From positions 22,962 through 86,961 of the forward strand of contig CACHWY010000003.1 of assembly GCA_902583575.1 (NCBI GenBank): 64,000 bases of DNA, read 5' to 3'. Position numbers and translations under genes: made by a program. Each line of letters opens with the position of its first letter. The first letter of the stretch is position 1. The notes beneath the pieces are model-generated. The model did no database searches, was not told the DNA's origin, and saw only the letters and a list, made by a program, of their open reading frames with translations. Source of the stretch: an uncultured SAR86 cluster bacterium. Its GTDB lineage: Bacteria > Pseudomonadota > Gammaproteobacteria > Magnimaribacterales > D2472. Below, piece by piece: positions 27,205 to 36,003 of the stretch.

Positions 27205-29808
27205 ATGACAGAGAATAAAAAATCTAAATTTCCATCTGAAGCAGACGTAGTTATCGTTGGAGTTGGTGGAATTGTTGGATCAATGCTCGCATATTGGCTT
27301 GCAGAAATGGGGCAAAAAAATATTATAGGATTAGAGAAATCTACAATCATTCCATCAGATATAGCATCTACTGCACACGCATCTGATTTTGTTTACAACA
27401 CTACTCATGACAAATTAGGTTGTTGGACAACTGCTTTTAGTAGAAAGTTTTATGAAGATAATGGTTTCTTTCTAAAAAAAGGAGGTCTAGAAATTTGTCG
27501 TAAAGACGATGATGAGCGCTGGGAAGAACTCAAAAGAAAAGTTGGATCAGGTAAAGCATTTGGAACTAATGTTAGATTGATATCGGCAGCAGAGGCTAAA
27601 GAAAAATTTCCTCTATTAGAAGAAAAATCAATACGTGGTGCAATGTGGGACCCAGATGCGGGGTTAGTAACTCCTCGTTCACAAGATGTTGTTAGTTTTG
27701 CAGTAGAAAGCGCAAAAGAAAAAGGCGCATTGACTACATTTACAGACACCCCTGCTTTAGATTTTGAAATTGAAAATGGTCATATAACTGCAGTTAAAAC
27801 AGATAAAGGAATAATTAAAACTAAAAAAGTTGTAATTGCATCTGGAATCTGGGGACCGTTATTGGGAGAGATGGCTGGTGTTCCAGTGCCACTTATGCCC
27901 GTGGAACATCCTTTATTATTTTTTGGACCACTTCCACAAGCACAGGGTGCAGAAGATTTTCTTGTATACCCGTTACTTCGTGACCAAGGGAACTCAGCGT
28001 ATGTCAGAGATACAGGTAGGCTCCATGGAGGAATGCTTGAATGGGGATATTATGAAGATAAAGAGCCTCGAATGGTTGACCCAGCAGACATTGGCAATCC
28101 TGAAAAAACTATGATTTCTGACTCTATGAGATATTTAGATCTTGAAGAAATTGCCGAACCATTAGAAAAAGCTTTTGAAACGACTCCTATACTTAATGAA
28201 TTGGGGTGGGATGAAAAAAGCTCATTTAATGGATTGCTTTCAGTAACTCCTGATGCAGGTTCACTAATTGGTGAAAGTCCTGAAGTTAGAGGCTTTTGGT
28301 TATGTGAAGCGGTTTGGGTTAAAGACGGGCCTGGTTGTGCGAGACTTTGTGCTGAAGCAATGGTCACAGGTAAAACTCAAGTAGATATGCATTCTTTCGA
28401 TATTTCAAGATTCTATCCACATCAAAAAGAAAAAGATTTTGTTAAAACAAGATCTTTTGAAAATGCACAAACTATTTATACGCCTGCCGTGCATCCTAGG
28501 GAGCCATATATTACACAAAGAGAAATGTTTGTAAGTCCTTTTTATGAAAGAGAAAAAGAACTTGGCGCGCATTTTGAGAATGAAGTAGCAGGTTGGGAAA
28601 GAGCTATTGCCTATATGAGTAATCGAGAAAAACTAGATAACTATATAAAAGAAGTGCCATCAAGAGAAAATGAATGGGATACTCGCCATGTGCCTTATGA
28701 TGTTGCTAATGCTGAACATCTTGCTATGAGTGATTCTGCCGGCATGATTAACTTGTCCCACTTCCCTATTATGGATATAAAAGGTCCAGATGCCGAGCGC
28801 ATGCTGGAATACCTATCAGTGGCAAAAGTTGGAAGTAATACACCCGAAGGTAAAGTGATTTATACCAACTTCTTAGACGAAGATGGTGGAGTTCATGCAG
28901 ACCTTACTATCTCTAGGCTTGGAGTTGATAGTTATCGAGTTGTCACTGGTGGAGCTGATGGAAATCGTGACTGGGTTACATTACGTAATTATAGAGATGA
29001 TAATGGATTAAATGCAGATATAAATATTAGGACTCATGATATTGCAACCTTGGGTTTGTGGGGGCCAAAAGCTGTAAGTGCTTTAGGTAATTTTATTGAC
29101 CCAAATGAAATAAGTATTGAAAATTTTCCTTTTGTGACTGCTAAAAACTTAACTCTTAATTTAACTGGTGGTAAAAAAGTTGATGTTTGGGCAGCGCGAA
29201 TTTCATATGTCGGAGAAAGTGGTTGGGAAATATACTTTAATAATGACAAAGAAGACGGATTAGCTCTTTATGACTCTCTACTTGAAGTTGGAGTTGTACC
29301 AGTTGGCATAGAAACTTATGCTAACAGTCGACGCCTTGAGAAGAGTTTTAGACTTCAGGGTGCGGATCTTGAGACTGAATATACTGCTATTGAGGCAGCT
29401 ATCCAAAGACCGTTGGTCAAAGAAGCAGATTTTCATGGAAAAGCAGCACATCTAGCACATAGAGAAGAAGATCCATGCGCAATCTTATGCACTATGACAT
29501 TAGATGATTTGAATGTCTCTGGTTCGCCTCGCTATCCAGTTGGTATTTCTCCAATTATTGATCCGGCTACAGGTGAAGTGCCAATTGATGGTAAAGGCAG
29601 AAGATCTTATACAACTGGTATGTCTTATTGCCCTTCAATTAAAAAATTTGTAGTTATGGGGTATCTTCCTAAAGATATTGCGGTACAAGGAAAATCCTTA
29701 TTAGTAGAATATATGAACGAAAATGGCGAGGGTTTATATCCAATGACCGTGCAGATAGTCGGCAAAGGATCTCTTTATGATCCAACCAATGAAAGAGTTC
29801 GCGCTTAA
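27205..29808 (+). CDS. Fused FAD-dependent oxidoreductase / GcvT-fold aminomethyltransferase (dimethylglycine/sarcosine dehydrogenase family)
   Basis: 867 aa. N-terminal DAO-type FAD motif VVIVGVGGIVGS. The C-terminal half has GcvT-like folate-binding segments (GPDAERMLEYL, RISYVGESGWEIY). GAAGGAAAG RBS upstream. Confidence 0.8.
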   Translation: MTENKKSKFPSEADVVIVGVGGIVGSMLAYWLAEMGQKNIIGLEKSTIIPSDIASTAHASDFVYNTTHDKLGCWTTAFSRKFYEDNGFFLKKGGLEICRKDDDERWEELKRKVGSGKAFGTNVRLISAAEAKEKFPLLEEKSIRGAMWDPDAGLVTPRSQDVVSFAVESAKEKGALTTFTDTPALDFEIENGHITAVKTDKGIIKTKKVVIASGIWGPLLGEMAGVPVPLMPVEHPLLFFGPLPQAQGAEDFLVYPLLRDQGNSAYVRDTGRLHGGMLEWGYYEDKEPRMVDPADIGNPEKTMISDSMRYLDLEEIAEPLEKAFETTPILNELGWDEKSSFNGLLSVTPDAGSLIGESPEVRGFWLCEAVWVKDGPGCARLCAEAMVTGKTQVDMHSFDISRFYPHQKEKDFVKTRSFENAQTIYTPAVHPREPYITQREMFVSPFYEREKELGAHFENEVAGWERAIAYMSNREKLDNYIKEVPSRENEWDTRHVPYDVANAEHLAMSDSAGMINLSHFPIMDIKGPDAERMLEYLSVAKVGSNTPEGKVIYTNFLDEDGGVHADLTISRLGVDSYRVVTGGADGNRDWVTLRNYRDDNGLNADINIRTHDIATLGLWGPKAVSALGNFIDPNEISIENFPFVTAKNLTLNLTGGKKVDVWAARISYVGESGWEIYFNNDKEDGLALYDSLLEVGVVPVGIETYANSRRLEKSFRLQGADLETEYTAIEAAIQRPLVKEADFHGKAAHLAHREEDPCAILCTMTLDDLNVSGSPRYPVGISPIIDPATGEVPIDGKGRRSYTTGMSYCPSIKKFVVMGYLPKDIAVQGKSLLVEYMNENGEGLYPMTVQIVGKGSLYDPTNERVRA

Positions 29809-29821
29809 CTAATTAGACTTA

Positions 29822-29850
29822 ATGACAACACTTGCAAACTTGCCTATAAT
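29822..29850 (+). promoter_or_regulatory. Candidate sigma70 promoter for tRNA-Phe
   Basis: ATGACA (29822-29827), a 17-nt spacer, then a perfect TATAAT (29845-29850), 16 nt before the tRNA 5' end. Confidence 0.55.
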
Positions 29851-29866
29851 CCAAAGTTCAATTTAA

Positions 29867-29942
29867 GGCCAGATAGCTCAGTTGGTAGAGCAAAGGACTG
29901 AAAATCCTTGTGTCGACAGTTCGATCCTGTCTCTGGCCACCA
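29867..29942 (+). tRNA. tRNA-Phe (anticodon GAA), CCA encoded
   Basis: Cloverleaf folded by hand. Acceptor GGCCAGA/TCTGGCC, D stem GCTC/GAGC, anticodon stem AAGGA/TCCTT with loop CTGAAAA, T stem GACAG/CTGTC with loop TTCGATC, then discriminator A and CCA. Confidence 0.95.
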
Positions 29943-29975
29943 TTACTTTTGATTGCTTATTATAAAAGTTACAAT

Positions 29976-30962
29976 ATGGCGATGATATCAGAATTACAAA
30001 AACCTTTAAGCTCAGGATTTAATGCAAAATCAGAATCTTCAGATGTTCTTAAAGAAATTGACCTTAATGGAAAGATAGCTGTTGTTACTGGTGGTTACTC
30101 TGGTATTGGCTTTGATACAACAAAAGGTTTGGTATCTGCAGGCGCAGAGGTAATAATTCCAGCCAAAAGAACTGAGATAGCAGCTCAAAATCTTGATGGG
30201 ATAGTTGCAAAAGAAAATATAATTAAAATGGATTTGGGTGACTTGAATTCTGTTAGTAAGTTTGTCGATTTATTTAAAGAAAATTATAAAAAGCTTGATT
30301 TATTGATTAATAATGCAGGAATAATGGCATGTCCAGAAACCAGAGTTGGTAATAACTGGGAAAGTCAATTTGCTATTAATCATATTGGACATTTTGTGCT
30401 TACTAGTGGGTTAATGGATGTTATGAAAGACGTTGATGGTGCTAGGTTTGTAAGCCTATCCTCATCTGCACATTCGTTAACAGGTATTCTTTGGGATGAT
30501 ATTCATTTTCAAGAGAATCAATATGATAAATGGATGGCTTACGGACAATCAAAAACTGCTTCATCTTTAATTGCAATAGAGTTCAATAGATTGATGAATG
30601 ATAAAGGTGTTTCAGGTTTTTCTGTACATCCAGGCGGAATCGTTACCCCACTTCAGCGCCATTTAGAAAATGAAGAGATGGTAGCTTTGGGCTGGATGAA
30701 TGAAGATGGCTCGTTATCCGATCTTGCAAAGAATTTTTTTAAATCAACCAGTCAAGGAGCTTCAACAACTTTATGGTGTGCCACTAGCCCAGACCTAGAT
30801 AAGATTGGTGGTGTTTTTTGTGAGGATTGTGATGTTGCAAAGAGAAAGTCTGAGGTTGATGAGTCACTTCAGAGATATTTTGGCGTCGCTGATTGGGCAA
30901 TTGATACAGAAGAAGCTAACAAGCTTTGGGAAACTACAGAAAAAATGCTTTTATCATCTTGA
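29976..30962 (+). CDS. Short-chain dehydrogenase/reductase (retinol-dehydrogenase/WWOX-like subgroup)
   Basis: VTGGYSGIGFDT, NNAG and the YGQSK catalytic motif. I moved the start to the ATG at 29976 because the track ORF start (29910) lies inside the tRNA gene. Confidence 0.8.
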   Translation: MAMISELQKPLSSGFNAKSESSDVLKEIDLNGKIAVVTGGYSGIGFDTTKGLVSAGAEVIIPAKRTEIAAQNLDGIVAKENIIKMDLGDLNSVSKFVDLFKENYKKLDLLINNAGIMACPETRVGNNWESQFAINHIGHFVLTSGLMDVMKDVDGARFVSLSSSAHSLTGILWDDIHFQENQYDKWMAYGQSKTASSLIAIEFNRLMNDKGVSGFSVHPGGIVTPLQRHLENEEMVALGWMNEDGSLSDLAKNFFKSTSQGASTTLWCATSPDLDKIGGVFCEDCDVAKRKSEVDESLQRYFGVADWAIDTEEANKLWETTEKMLLSS

Positions 30963-31921
30963 GCAATACTTTAAACCTTTATCCAAATATTGAACCCTAC
31001 TCTTCCGGGTACATAAATGCAGATGAGCATAAAATTTATTATGAGGAATGTGGCAATCCTGATGGCAAGCCAGCTGTCTTTCTTCATGGCGGGCCAGGTG
31101 GTGGAGGAAGTACTAAAGTTAGAAGATTCTTTGATCCAAAAATTTATAGGATAGTTGTATTTGACCAAAGGGGATGCGGCAGAAGCGAACCTCATGGAGG
31201 TTTAAATAATAATACTACTTGGGATCTTGTTGAGGATATAGAAAAACTTAAAATCAAACTCAATATTGAGAAATGGCTTGTCTTTGGAGGGTCTTGGGGA
31301 AGCACACTATCTTTAGCTTATGCACAAACATATCCAAATTCTGTTTCTGAGCTGGTACTAAGAGGAATCTTTATGCTTAGAAAGAAAGAGCTTGATTGGT
31401 TCTATCAATGCGGTGCTAGTAAAATTTTTCCTGAAGCGTGGGAAGAATTTTTAAAGCCAATAGATATTAATGATCAAGATAACTTAATCTCTGCATATCA
31501 TAAAATATTTACAGGTGATGATGAGAAAAAGAAATTAGAGGCAGCGGTTGCATGGTCAAAATGGGAGGGTTCAACAAGTGCTTTAAGTTATGCGCCAGAA
31601 ATGGTTTCATCATTTTCAGAACCTAGATTTGCACTAGCCTTTGCATTAATTGAAAATCATTATTTTATTAATAAAGGATTCCTTAAAAATGAAAATCAGC
31701 TCATCACATCAGAAAATATTGATAAAATTAGACATATACCAGCAAAGATTGTTCAAGGAAGATATGATATTGTTTGCCCTATGGAAACAGCATGGGAACT
31801 ATCAAAAAATTGGTCTGAGGCAGAATTAATTATTGCGCCCTCTTCTGGCCACAGTGCTTTTGAGAAAGAAATAACCCACCATCTTATAAATACAACAAAT
31901 GAGTATGGAAAAACTAAATAA
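30959..31921 (+). CDS. pip: Prolyl aminopeptidase (proline iminopeptidase)
   Basis: LYPNIEPY, GKPAVFLHGGPGGG, FDQRGCGRS and the GGSWGSTL nucleophile elbow. The start is uncertain. TTG 30959 gives the usual short N-terminus before LYP. The alternative TTG 30926 overlaps the upstream gene by 37 nt. Confidence 0.85.
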   Translation: MSNTLNLYPNIEPYSSGYINADEHKIYYEECGNPDGKPAVFLHGGPGGGGSTKVRRFFDPKIYRIVVFDQRGCGRSEPHGGLNNNTTWDLVEDIEKLKIKLNIEKWLVFGGSWGSTLSLAYAQTYPNSVSELVLRGIFMLRKKELDWFYQCGASKIFPEAWEEFLKPIDINDQDNLISAYHKIFTGDDEKKKLEAAVAWSKWEGSTSALSYAPEMVSSFSEPRFALAFALIENHYFINKGFLKNENQLITSENIDKIRHIPAKIVQGRYDIVCPMETAWELSKNWSEAELIIAPSSGHSAFEKEITHHLINTTNEYGKTK

Positions 31922-32405
31922 TATTTCTTTGATTGGAATGGCTGGTTGTGGGAAGTCTACTCTAGGCAAGGCCATCTCTGACGAACTGGATATAAATTTC
32001 ATTGATACAGACCTTCTTATCGAAAAAAAATATAAAGCAACTTTAGAAGAAATTAAAATTGATAATGGTTATGAATTTGTTAGAGCTGCAGAAGAAGAGG
32101 TGATTTTAAATCTAAATGAAATAACTAAAATTATTTCTACTGGTGGAAGTGCTGTTTATTCTAAAAAATCAATGGAGCATCTCAAAACATTCTCTTCAAT
32201 AATTTATATTAAAACTCCACTAGATATAATCATCAAAAGGATCGATATTGGTCAAGAAAGAGGTCTGGCTGTTCCAGCAGGCATGTCAATTCCTGATGTT
32301 TACTCTGAAAGAGAGCCTTTGTATCAAAAATATTATGACTTCATTTTGGATGGATCTAAAACAATTAAACAACTTGTTGATGAAGTAAAAAATATATTTG
32401 AATGA
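31899..32405 (+). CDS. aroK: Shikimate kinase
   Basis: ISLIGMAGCGKSTLGKAIS P-loop, FIDTDLLIE and STGGSAV, 168 aa. Confidence 0.75.
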   Translation: MSMEKLNNISLIGMAGCGKSTLGKAISDELDINFIDTDLLIEKKYKATLEEIKIDNGYEFVRAAEEEVILNLNEITKIISTGGSAVYSKKSMEHLKTFSSIIYIKTPLDIIIKRIDIGQERGLAVPAGMSIPDVYSEREPLYQKYYDFILDGSKTIKQLVDEVKNIFE

Positions 32406-33067
32406 GTAAAAAAATAAATTTACTAGTAGGATCAACAGGATTTTTAGGTAATGAAATTCTAAAAGAATTAGGCATTAAAAATATTTCTACTATTGCTCTT
32501 GCAAGAAGGCCAATACCAAATTTACCAGATAGTGCTAAAGAATTAATAATTGATTTTAACCATCTCAAATCAGTGGATTTTTCCAATATAGATCATGTAT
32601 ATCTATCTCTTGGATATCCCTTGTACTTTCATAATGTAATGGGTTTTATGAGCCCCTCTCTCAAAAAAAAATTTTTTCAAGTAGATTTTACCTATCAACT
32701 TGAGATAGCTAAAAAAACTAAAGAGTTAGGTGCTAAAAGCATCTCGCTTATTTCAGCGATAGGGGCTGATTCAAATTCTTGGAACTATTACTTAAAAACT
32801 AAAGGAATGCTTGAAGAGGAAATAATTAAACTTGAATTTAGTAGCACAAATATATTCCGGCCAGGACATCTTATGGGAAACAAGAAAAGGCTAGACATAG
32901 TTTTGGCTGATTTAATATCTCTCATTTTTGATCTGGTTTTACGCGGGCCATTAGAAAAATTTAGAAGCATTTCTGTAAAAAAACTTTCTAAATCGGTAGT
33001 AAGCAGGTCTATGGATTACAAAGCTGGAATATACGTCTACGAGTTTAAAGATTTTAAAAATTTCTAA
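32402..33067 (+). CDS. NAD(P)H-binding protein (HTATIP2/atypical SDR-like)
   Basis: LVGSTGFLGNEILKEL N-terminal motif and the RPGHLMG segment, 221 aa. Confidence 0.6.
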   Translation: MSKKINLLVGSTGFLGNEILKELGIKNISTIALARRPIPNLPDSAKELIIDFNHLKSVDFSNIDHVYLSLGYPLYFHNVMGFMSPSLKKKFFQVDFTYQLEIAKKTKELGAKSISLISAIGADSNSWNYYLKTKGMLEEEIIKLEFSSTNIFRPGHLMGNKKRLDIVLADLISLIFDLVLRGPLEKFRSISVKKLSKSVVSRSMDYKAGIYVYEFKDFKNF

Positions 33068-33327
33068 TTTCCTTTTTTTTTACCTCTAATTATTTTTTTT
33101 ATTCCATTGCATGCATTAAGAAGCCAAAATGCATTTGCAAAAACAAAATAATATAAACCTAAATATAATTGAACAATTATCGCAAAAAAACTTCCTGCAA
33201 TAACAGCAAATAGTCCCATCATTCTCTTTTTAGCTTTTTTTGAGACAATAAGAGGCGCGGCTATCAATGTACCGAAAAAAACACTTAATAATTGAATTAT
33301 CTCTAGCATACCCATACTAATAAACAT
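33064..33327 (-). CDS. Small three-TM membrane protein, unknown function
   Basis: 87 aa with three hydrophobic segments and a Lys-rich C-terminal tail (RGKKKGN). No motif recognised. Confidence 0.45.
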   Translation of the reverse strand: MFISMGMLEIIQLLSVFFGTLIAAPLIVSKKAKKRMMGLFAVIAGSFFAIIVQLYLGLYYFVFANAFWLLNACNGIKKIIRGKKKGN

Positions 33328-33455
33328 TCAGAACATGCGTATTAGTATGAATATCGGCGCATTATGAATACTTAAAATTAAAAGTAAAGATATTTTTTGA
33401 ACTTTTATTAAAAAGGTATACTCTAAAGCATAAGAACTAAATTTTAGGAAAAAAT

Positions 33456-33845
33456 ATGAGACATTTATTATTAACTTTATCGTTATTTTTATCTTTAGGC
33501 ATGCTCGCCGATCATCATAAAAAATCAGATGAAAATGCAAAGAGTAGCCCTAAAAACCCAAATCATTTAATGACCTTTAAACAATGCAAAGAGACTAAAG
33601 ATGGAGTTAACGGACTTCTTTCTCTTGCCGATAAAACCTGGAAAGAAATTGAAGAAGATCCAGAAGATGAAGATAAGTGGCTAGAGGCAGCACTACTTGC
33701 TGATTTAGCAGCTAATTATTCAACTGTTTATGATGTATGGTGTAAGGACATGATTGCTCAAAGAATGAAAATGAGAAAAATGGCTGGCAAAAAGAAAAAT
33801 ATGAAAGACCACCACCATAAAGAAAAAGGAAAAAAGGATAATTAA
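33456..33845 (+). CDS. Secreted His/Met/Lys-rich small protein, unknown function
   Basis: Signal peptide MRHLLLTLSLFLSLGMLA. The mature protein starts DHHKK and ends MKMRKMAGKKKNMKDHHHKEKGKKDN. It has two Cys and a predicted helical acidic core. Confidence 0.55.
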   Translation: MRHLLLTLSLFLSLGMLADHHKKSDENAKSSPKNPNHLMTFKQCKETKDGVNGLLSLADKTWKEIEEDPEDEDKWLEAALLADLAANYSTVYDVWCKDMIAQRMKMRKMAGKKKNMKDHHHKEKGKKDN

Positions 33846-34066
33846 AATTTACCTCTTTGAAATCTCATTCTAATTACATAAACACGTAGCAAAGCTACAA
33901 CAGTAATAATTAATTGAATAAATACTGATATTTTTATTGGGTCTGACCATTGCCATGAGTCAATGGTTAACCATAGAAGATATGTCTGTAATGGGAAATT
34001 TATAGCAGCTCCCATAAATACAACTATCATAGCCTCTCTCAAAGCAATTTTTTCTGTTTTATTCAT
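33842..34066 (-). CDS. Small two-TM membrane protein, unknown function
   Basis: 74 aa with two hydrophobic helices. The start lies 2 nt after the ybjQ stop on the same strand. Confidence 0.45.
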   Translation of the reverse strand: MNKTEKIALREAMIVVFMGAAINFPLQTYLLWLTIDSWQWSDPIKISVFIQLIITVVALLRVYVIRMRFQRGKF

Positions 34067-34068
34067 AT

Positions 34069-34401
34069 TTACCCCTGTTTAATTTTTACTGCAGTGCCAT
34101 ATGCCAAAATTTCAGCCGCACCTTGTGCAACAGTAGAAGTTTGAAACCGAAAGCCTAGAATTGCATCCGCGCCTTTAGATTTTGCATCTTCAATCATTCT
34201 TGCATAAGCCTGCTCTCTTGAAGTCTTTAAAAGTTTTGAATAGCCGACCAACTCTCCTCCAACCACATTTTTAAGGCCTGCAAGAAGATCTGATCCAAAA
34301 TTTCTAGCCCTTACAGTACTTCCTTGAACAAGTCCTAAATGTTCTTCAATGTCAGCATTTGCGATATCATATGTTGTAAGTACAATAAAATTTTCATTCA
34401 T
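34069..34401 (-). CDS. ybjQ: YbjQ/UPF0145 family protein
   Basis: LGLVQGSTVRARNFGSDLLAGLKNVVGGE and GADAILGFRFQTS are YbjQ family signatures. Size is 110 aa. Confidence 0.85.
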   Translation of the reverse strand: MNENFIVLTTYDIANADIEEHLGLVQGSTVRARNFGSDLLAGLKNVVGGELVGYSKLLKTSREQAYARMIEDAKSKGADAILGFRFQTSTVAQGAAEILAYGTAVKIKQG

Positions 34402-34436
34402 ATTTTTTCCATTTAATGATTTGAGTTATAAATATA

Positions 34437-34769
34437 ATGCAAGAACTAATAGAAGCAAAGTTTTCAATAGGAAATATTGTTAAGCATAAATTTCTAAATT
34501 TTAGAGGGGTTATATTCGATTTAGACCCTAGCTTTAATAATACTGAAGAATGGTATAAAGCAATCCCTAAAAATTTAAGGCCAAGAAAAGATCAGCCCTT
34601 TTATCATATATTTGCAGAGAATGAAGAAATTTTTTATATAGCATATGTTTCGGAACAAAATTTACTTATAGATAAGGAAAATGGTCCTGCTAATCATCCA
34701 GATATTAAGAAGATATTTTCTCATTTTGATGGAGAATGCTACATTCCCCATGAAAGAGCAAAAAATTAA
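34437..34769 (+). CDS. hspQ: Heat shock protein HspQ (YccV, hemimethylated-DNA-binding domain)
   Basis: AKFSIGNIVKHKFLNFRGVIFDLDP and PFYHIFAENEE...YVSEQNL, 110 aa. Confidence 0.85.
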   Translation: MQELIEAKFSIGNIVKHKFLNFRGVIFDLDPSFNNTEEWYKAIPKNLRPRKDQPFYHIFAENEEIFYIAYVSEQNLLIDKENGPANHPDIKKIFSHFDGECYIPHERAKN

Positions 34770-35989
34770 ATACTTATATCAAAATGCGCTAATTCAACAG
34801 CAGTTGTAAAAACTTCCATTGCGCTATTGAGATCTTCTTTTGATACATATGTTGGAGCTAATCTAATAGCACTATCATCAGGATCATGCCTATTTGGATA
34901 CATAGAGCCTGCTGGAGTTATTAGAACTCCCATTTCTTTACAAAAATTTACAACCTTTTTAGCAATCGGCTTGGAGGTGAAATAAGTAATAAAATATCCT
35001 CCTGTTGGTTTTGAAAAGGTGCCACACTCTGATGGTAGTTTCTCAAGATGTGAATATGCGAGTTCAAATTTAGGTCTAATTAATTTGGCATGTTCTTTCA
35101 TATGGGATTTGACTGTTTCAATATCTTTAAAAAACTCAATATGTCTTTTTTGATTAATTTTATCTGGGCATATAATCATTGTTGTTCTTACTTTCTTGAT
35201 TAAGTCTAATGAATGCCCAGCAGTTGCCATAAATGAAATACTACCTCCTCCAAATGTAACTTTTGAAAAGGAGGTTGTTATAACAGTTTGATCTTGAACT
35301 TTTTCTTGAAGTGCTATTTCCCATAATGGTTTTTGTTCAGGAGTGGGAAGGAAATCATGAATCAAATACGCATGATCAAATAGAAAAAGAAATTTATTAG
35401 AAAAATCTTTACCTATTTTAAATAGCTCTTCTAAATTTTTATCAGAATATATCTCTCCTGATGGGTTAGAATGTTTTGGCACGCACAACATTCCAACAAC
35501 GTCTTTGTTTTGCTTTAAAGCCTCTTTAAATGCTTCTAAATTTATCCCATCATTTTTGAGAGGAACTGGAATAGCTTCAATACCGAAATCATGCAGCATC
35601 ATAAAATGCCTATCAAACCCTGGAACAGGACATATAAACTTTGGACTATCTAAATCCTTCCAGGGTGCTGGCTCAGCAAAGAGAAAATTTGAAAGAACTG
35701 TTTGATAGCATAAAAGTAAGCTTGATTGTTCACCCGCAAGAATATTCTCAAGTGGAGCATCTAATAAATCAGCTCCCAGCTCTCTAGCCTCTTTGATTCC
35801 AAAAGGCTCACCATAATTTCTTAAATCAATTCCATCCTCAGAAGTCGTTGGGACAGAAATATCTAGCAGTGCATTCGAAAGGTCTAATTGATCTTTATCA
35901 GGCTTGCCTCTTGTTATATCAATTGATAATTGCTTTTCTTTAAGCGAGTTAAATCTTGTTATAATTTCTTGGTGCATAATAAGTGTCAT
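34766..35989 (-). CDS. PLP-dependent aminotransferase, Corynebacterium AspT-type aspartate aminotransferase family
   Basis: ITRGKPDKDQLDLS, RNYG, ICPVPGFDRHF, SFSKVTFGGG, GGYFI and IRLAPT parallel C. glutamicum AspT as I remember it. An alternative start at 35977 (MHQEI) is possible. Confidence 0.75.
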   Translation of the reverse strand: MTLIMHQEIITRFNSLKEKQLSIDITRGKPDKDQLDLSNALLDISVPTTSEDGIDLRNYGEPFGIKEARELGADLLDAPLENILAGEQSSLLLCYQTVLSNFLFAEPAPWKDLDSPKFICPVPGFDRHFMMLHDFGIEAIPVPLKNDGINLEAFKEALKQNKDVVGMLCVPKHSNPSGEIYSDKNLEELFKIGKDFSNKFLFLFDHAYLIHDFLPTPEQKPLWEIALQEKVQDQTVITTSFSKVTFGGGSISFMATAGHSLDLIKKVRTTMIICPDKINQKRHIEFFKDIETVKSHMKEHAKLIRPKFELAYSHLEKLPSECGTFSKPTGGYFITYFTSKPIAKKVVNFCKEMGVLITPAGSMYPNRHDPDDSAIRLAPTYVSKEDLNSAMEVFTTAVELAHFDISI

Positions 35990-36003
35990 TTTATACTAAC
36001 ATC

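Noticed and set aside
29910-29975. The track ORF start at 29910 for the SDR gene.
   Set aside because: It would begin inside the tRNA-Phe gene (29867-29942). The in-frame ATG at 29976 (MAMISELQK) is used instead.
33328-33540. A 70-aa minus-strand ORF spanning the intergenic region and the start of the His-rich protein gene.
   Set aside because: It has Ile/Leu/Lys/Phe AT-rich low-complexity translation. It overlaps the signal-peptide-bearing plus-strand gene and would leave no promoter region. It is most likely spurious.
29867-34401. Possible genomic island integrated at tRNA-Phe, covering the less core-like genes downstream.
   Set aside because: There is no integrase, recombinase or phage gene. 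The only downstream match to the tRNA 3' end is a 9-nt TCTGGCCAC inside pip (about 31847-31855), which is expected by chance in 64 kb. The genes are tightly overlapped like the rest of the window.
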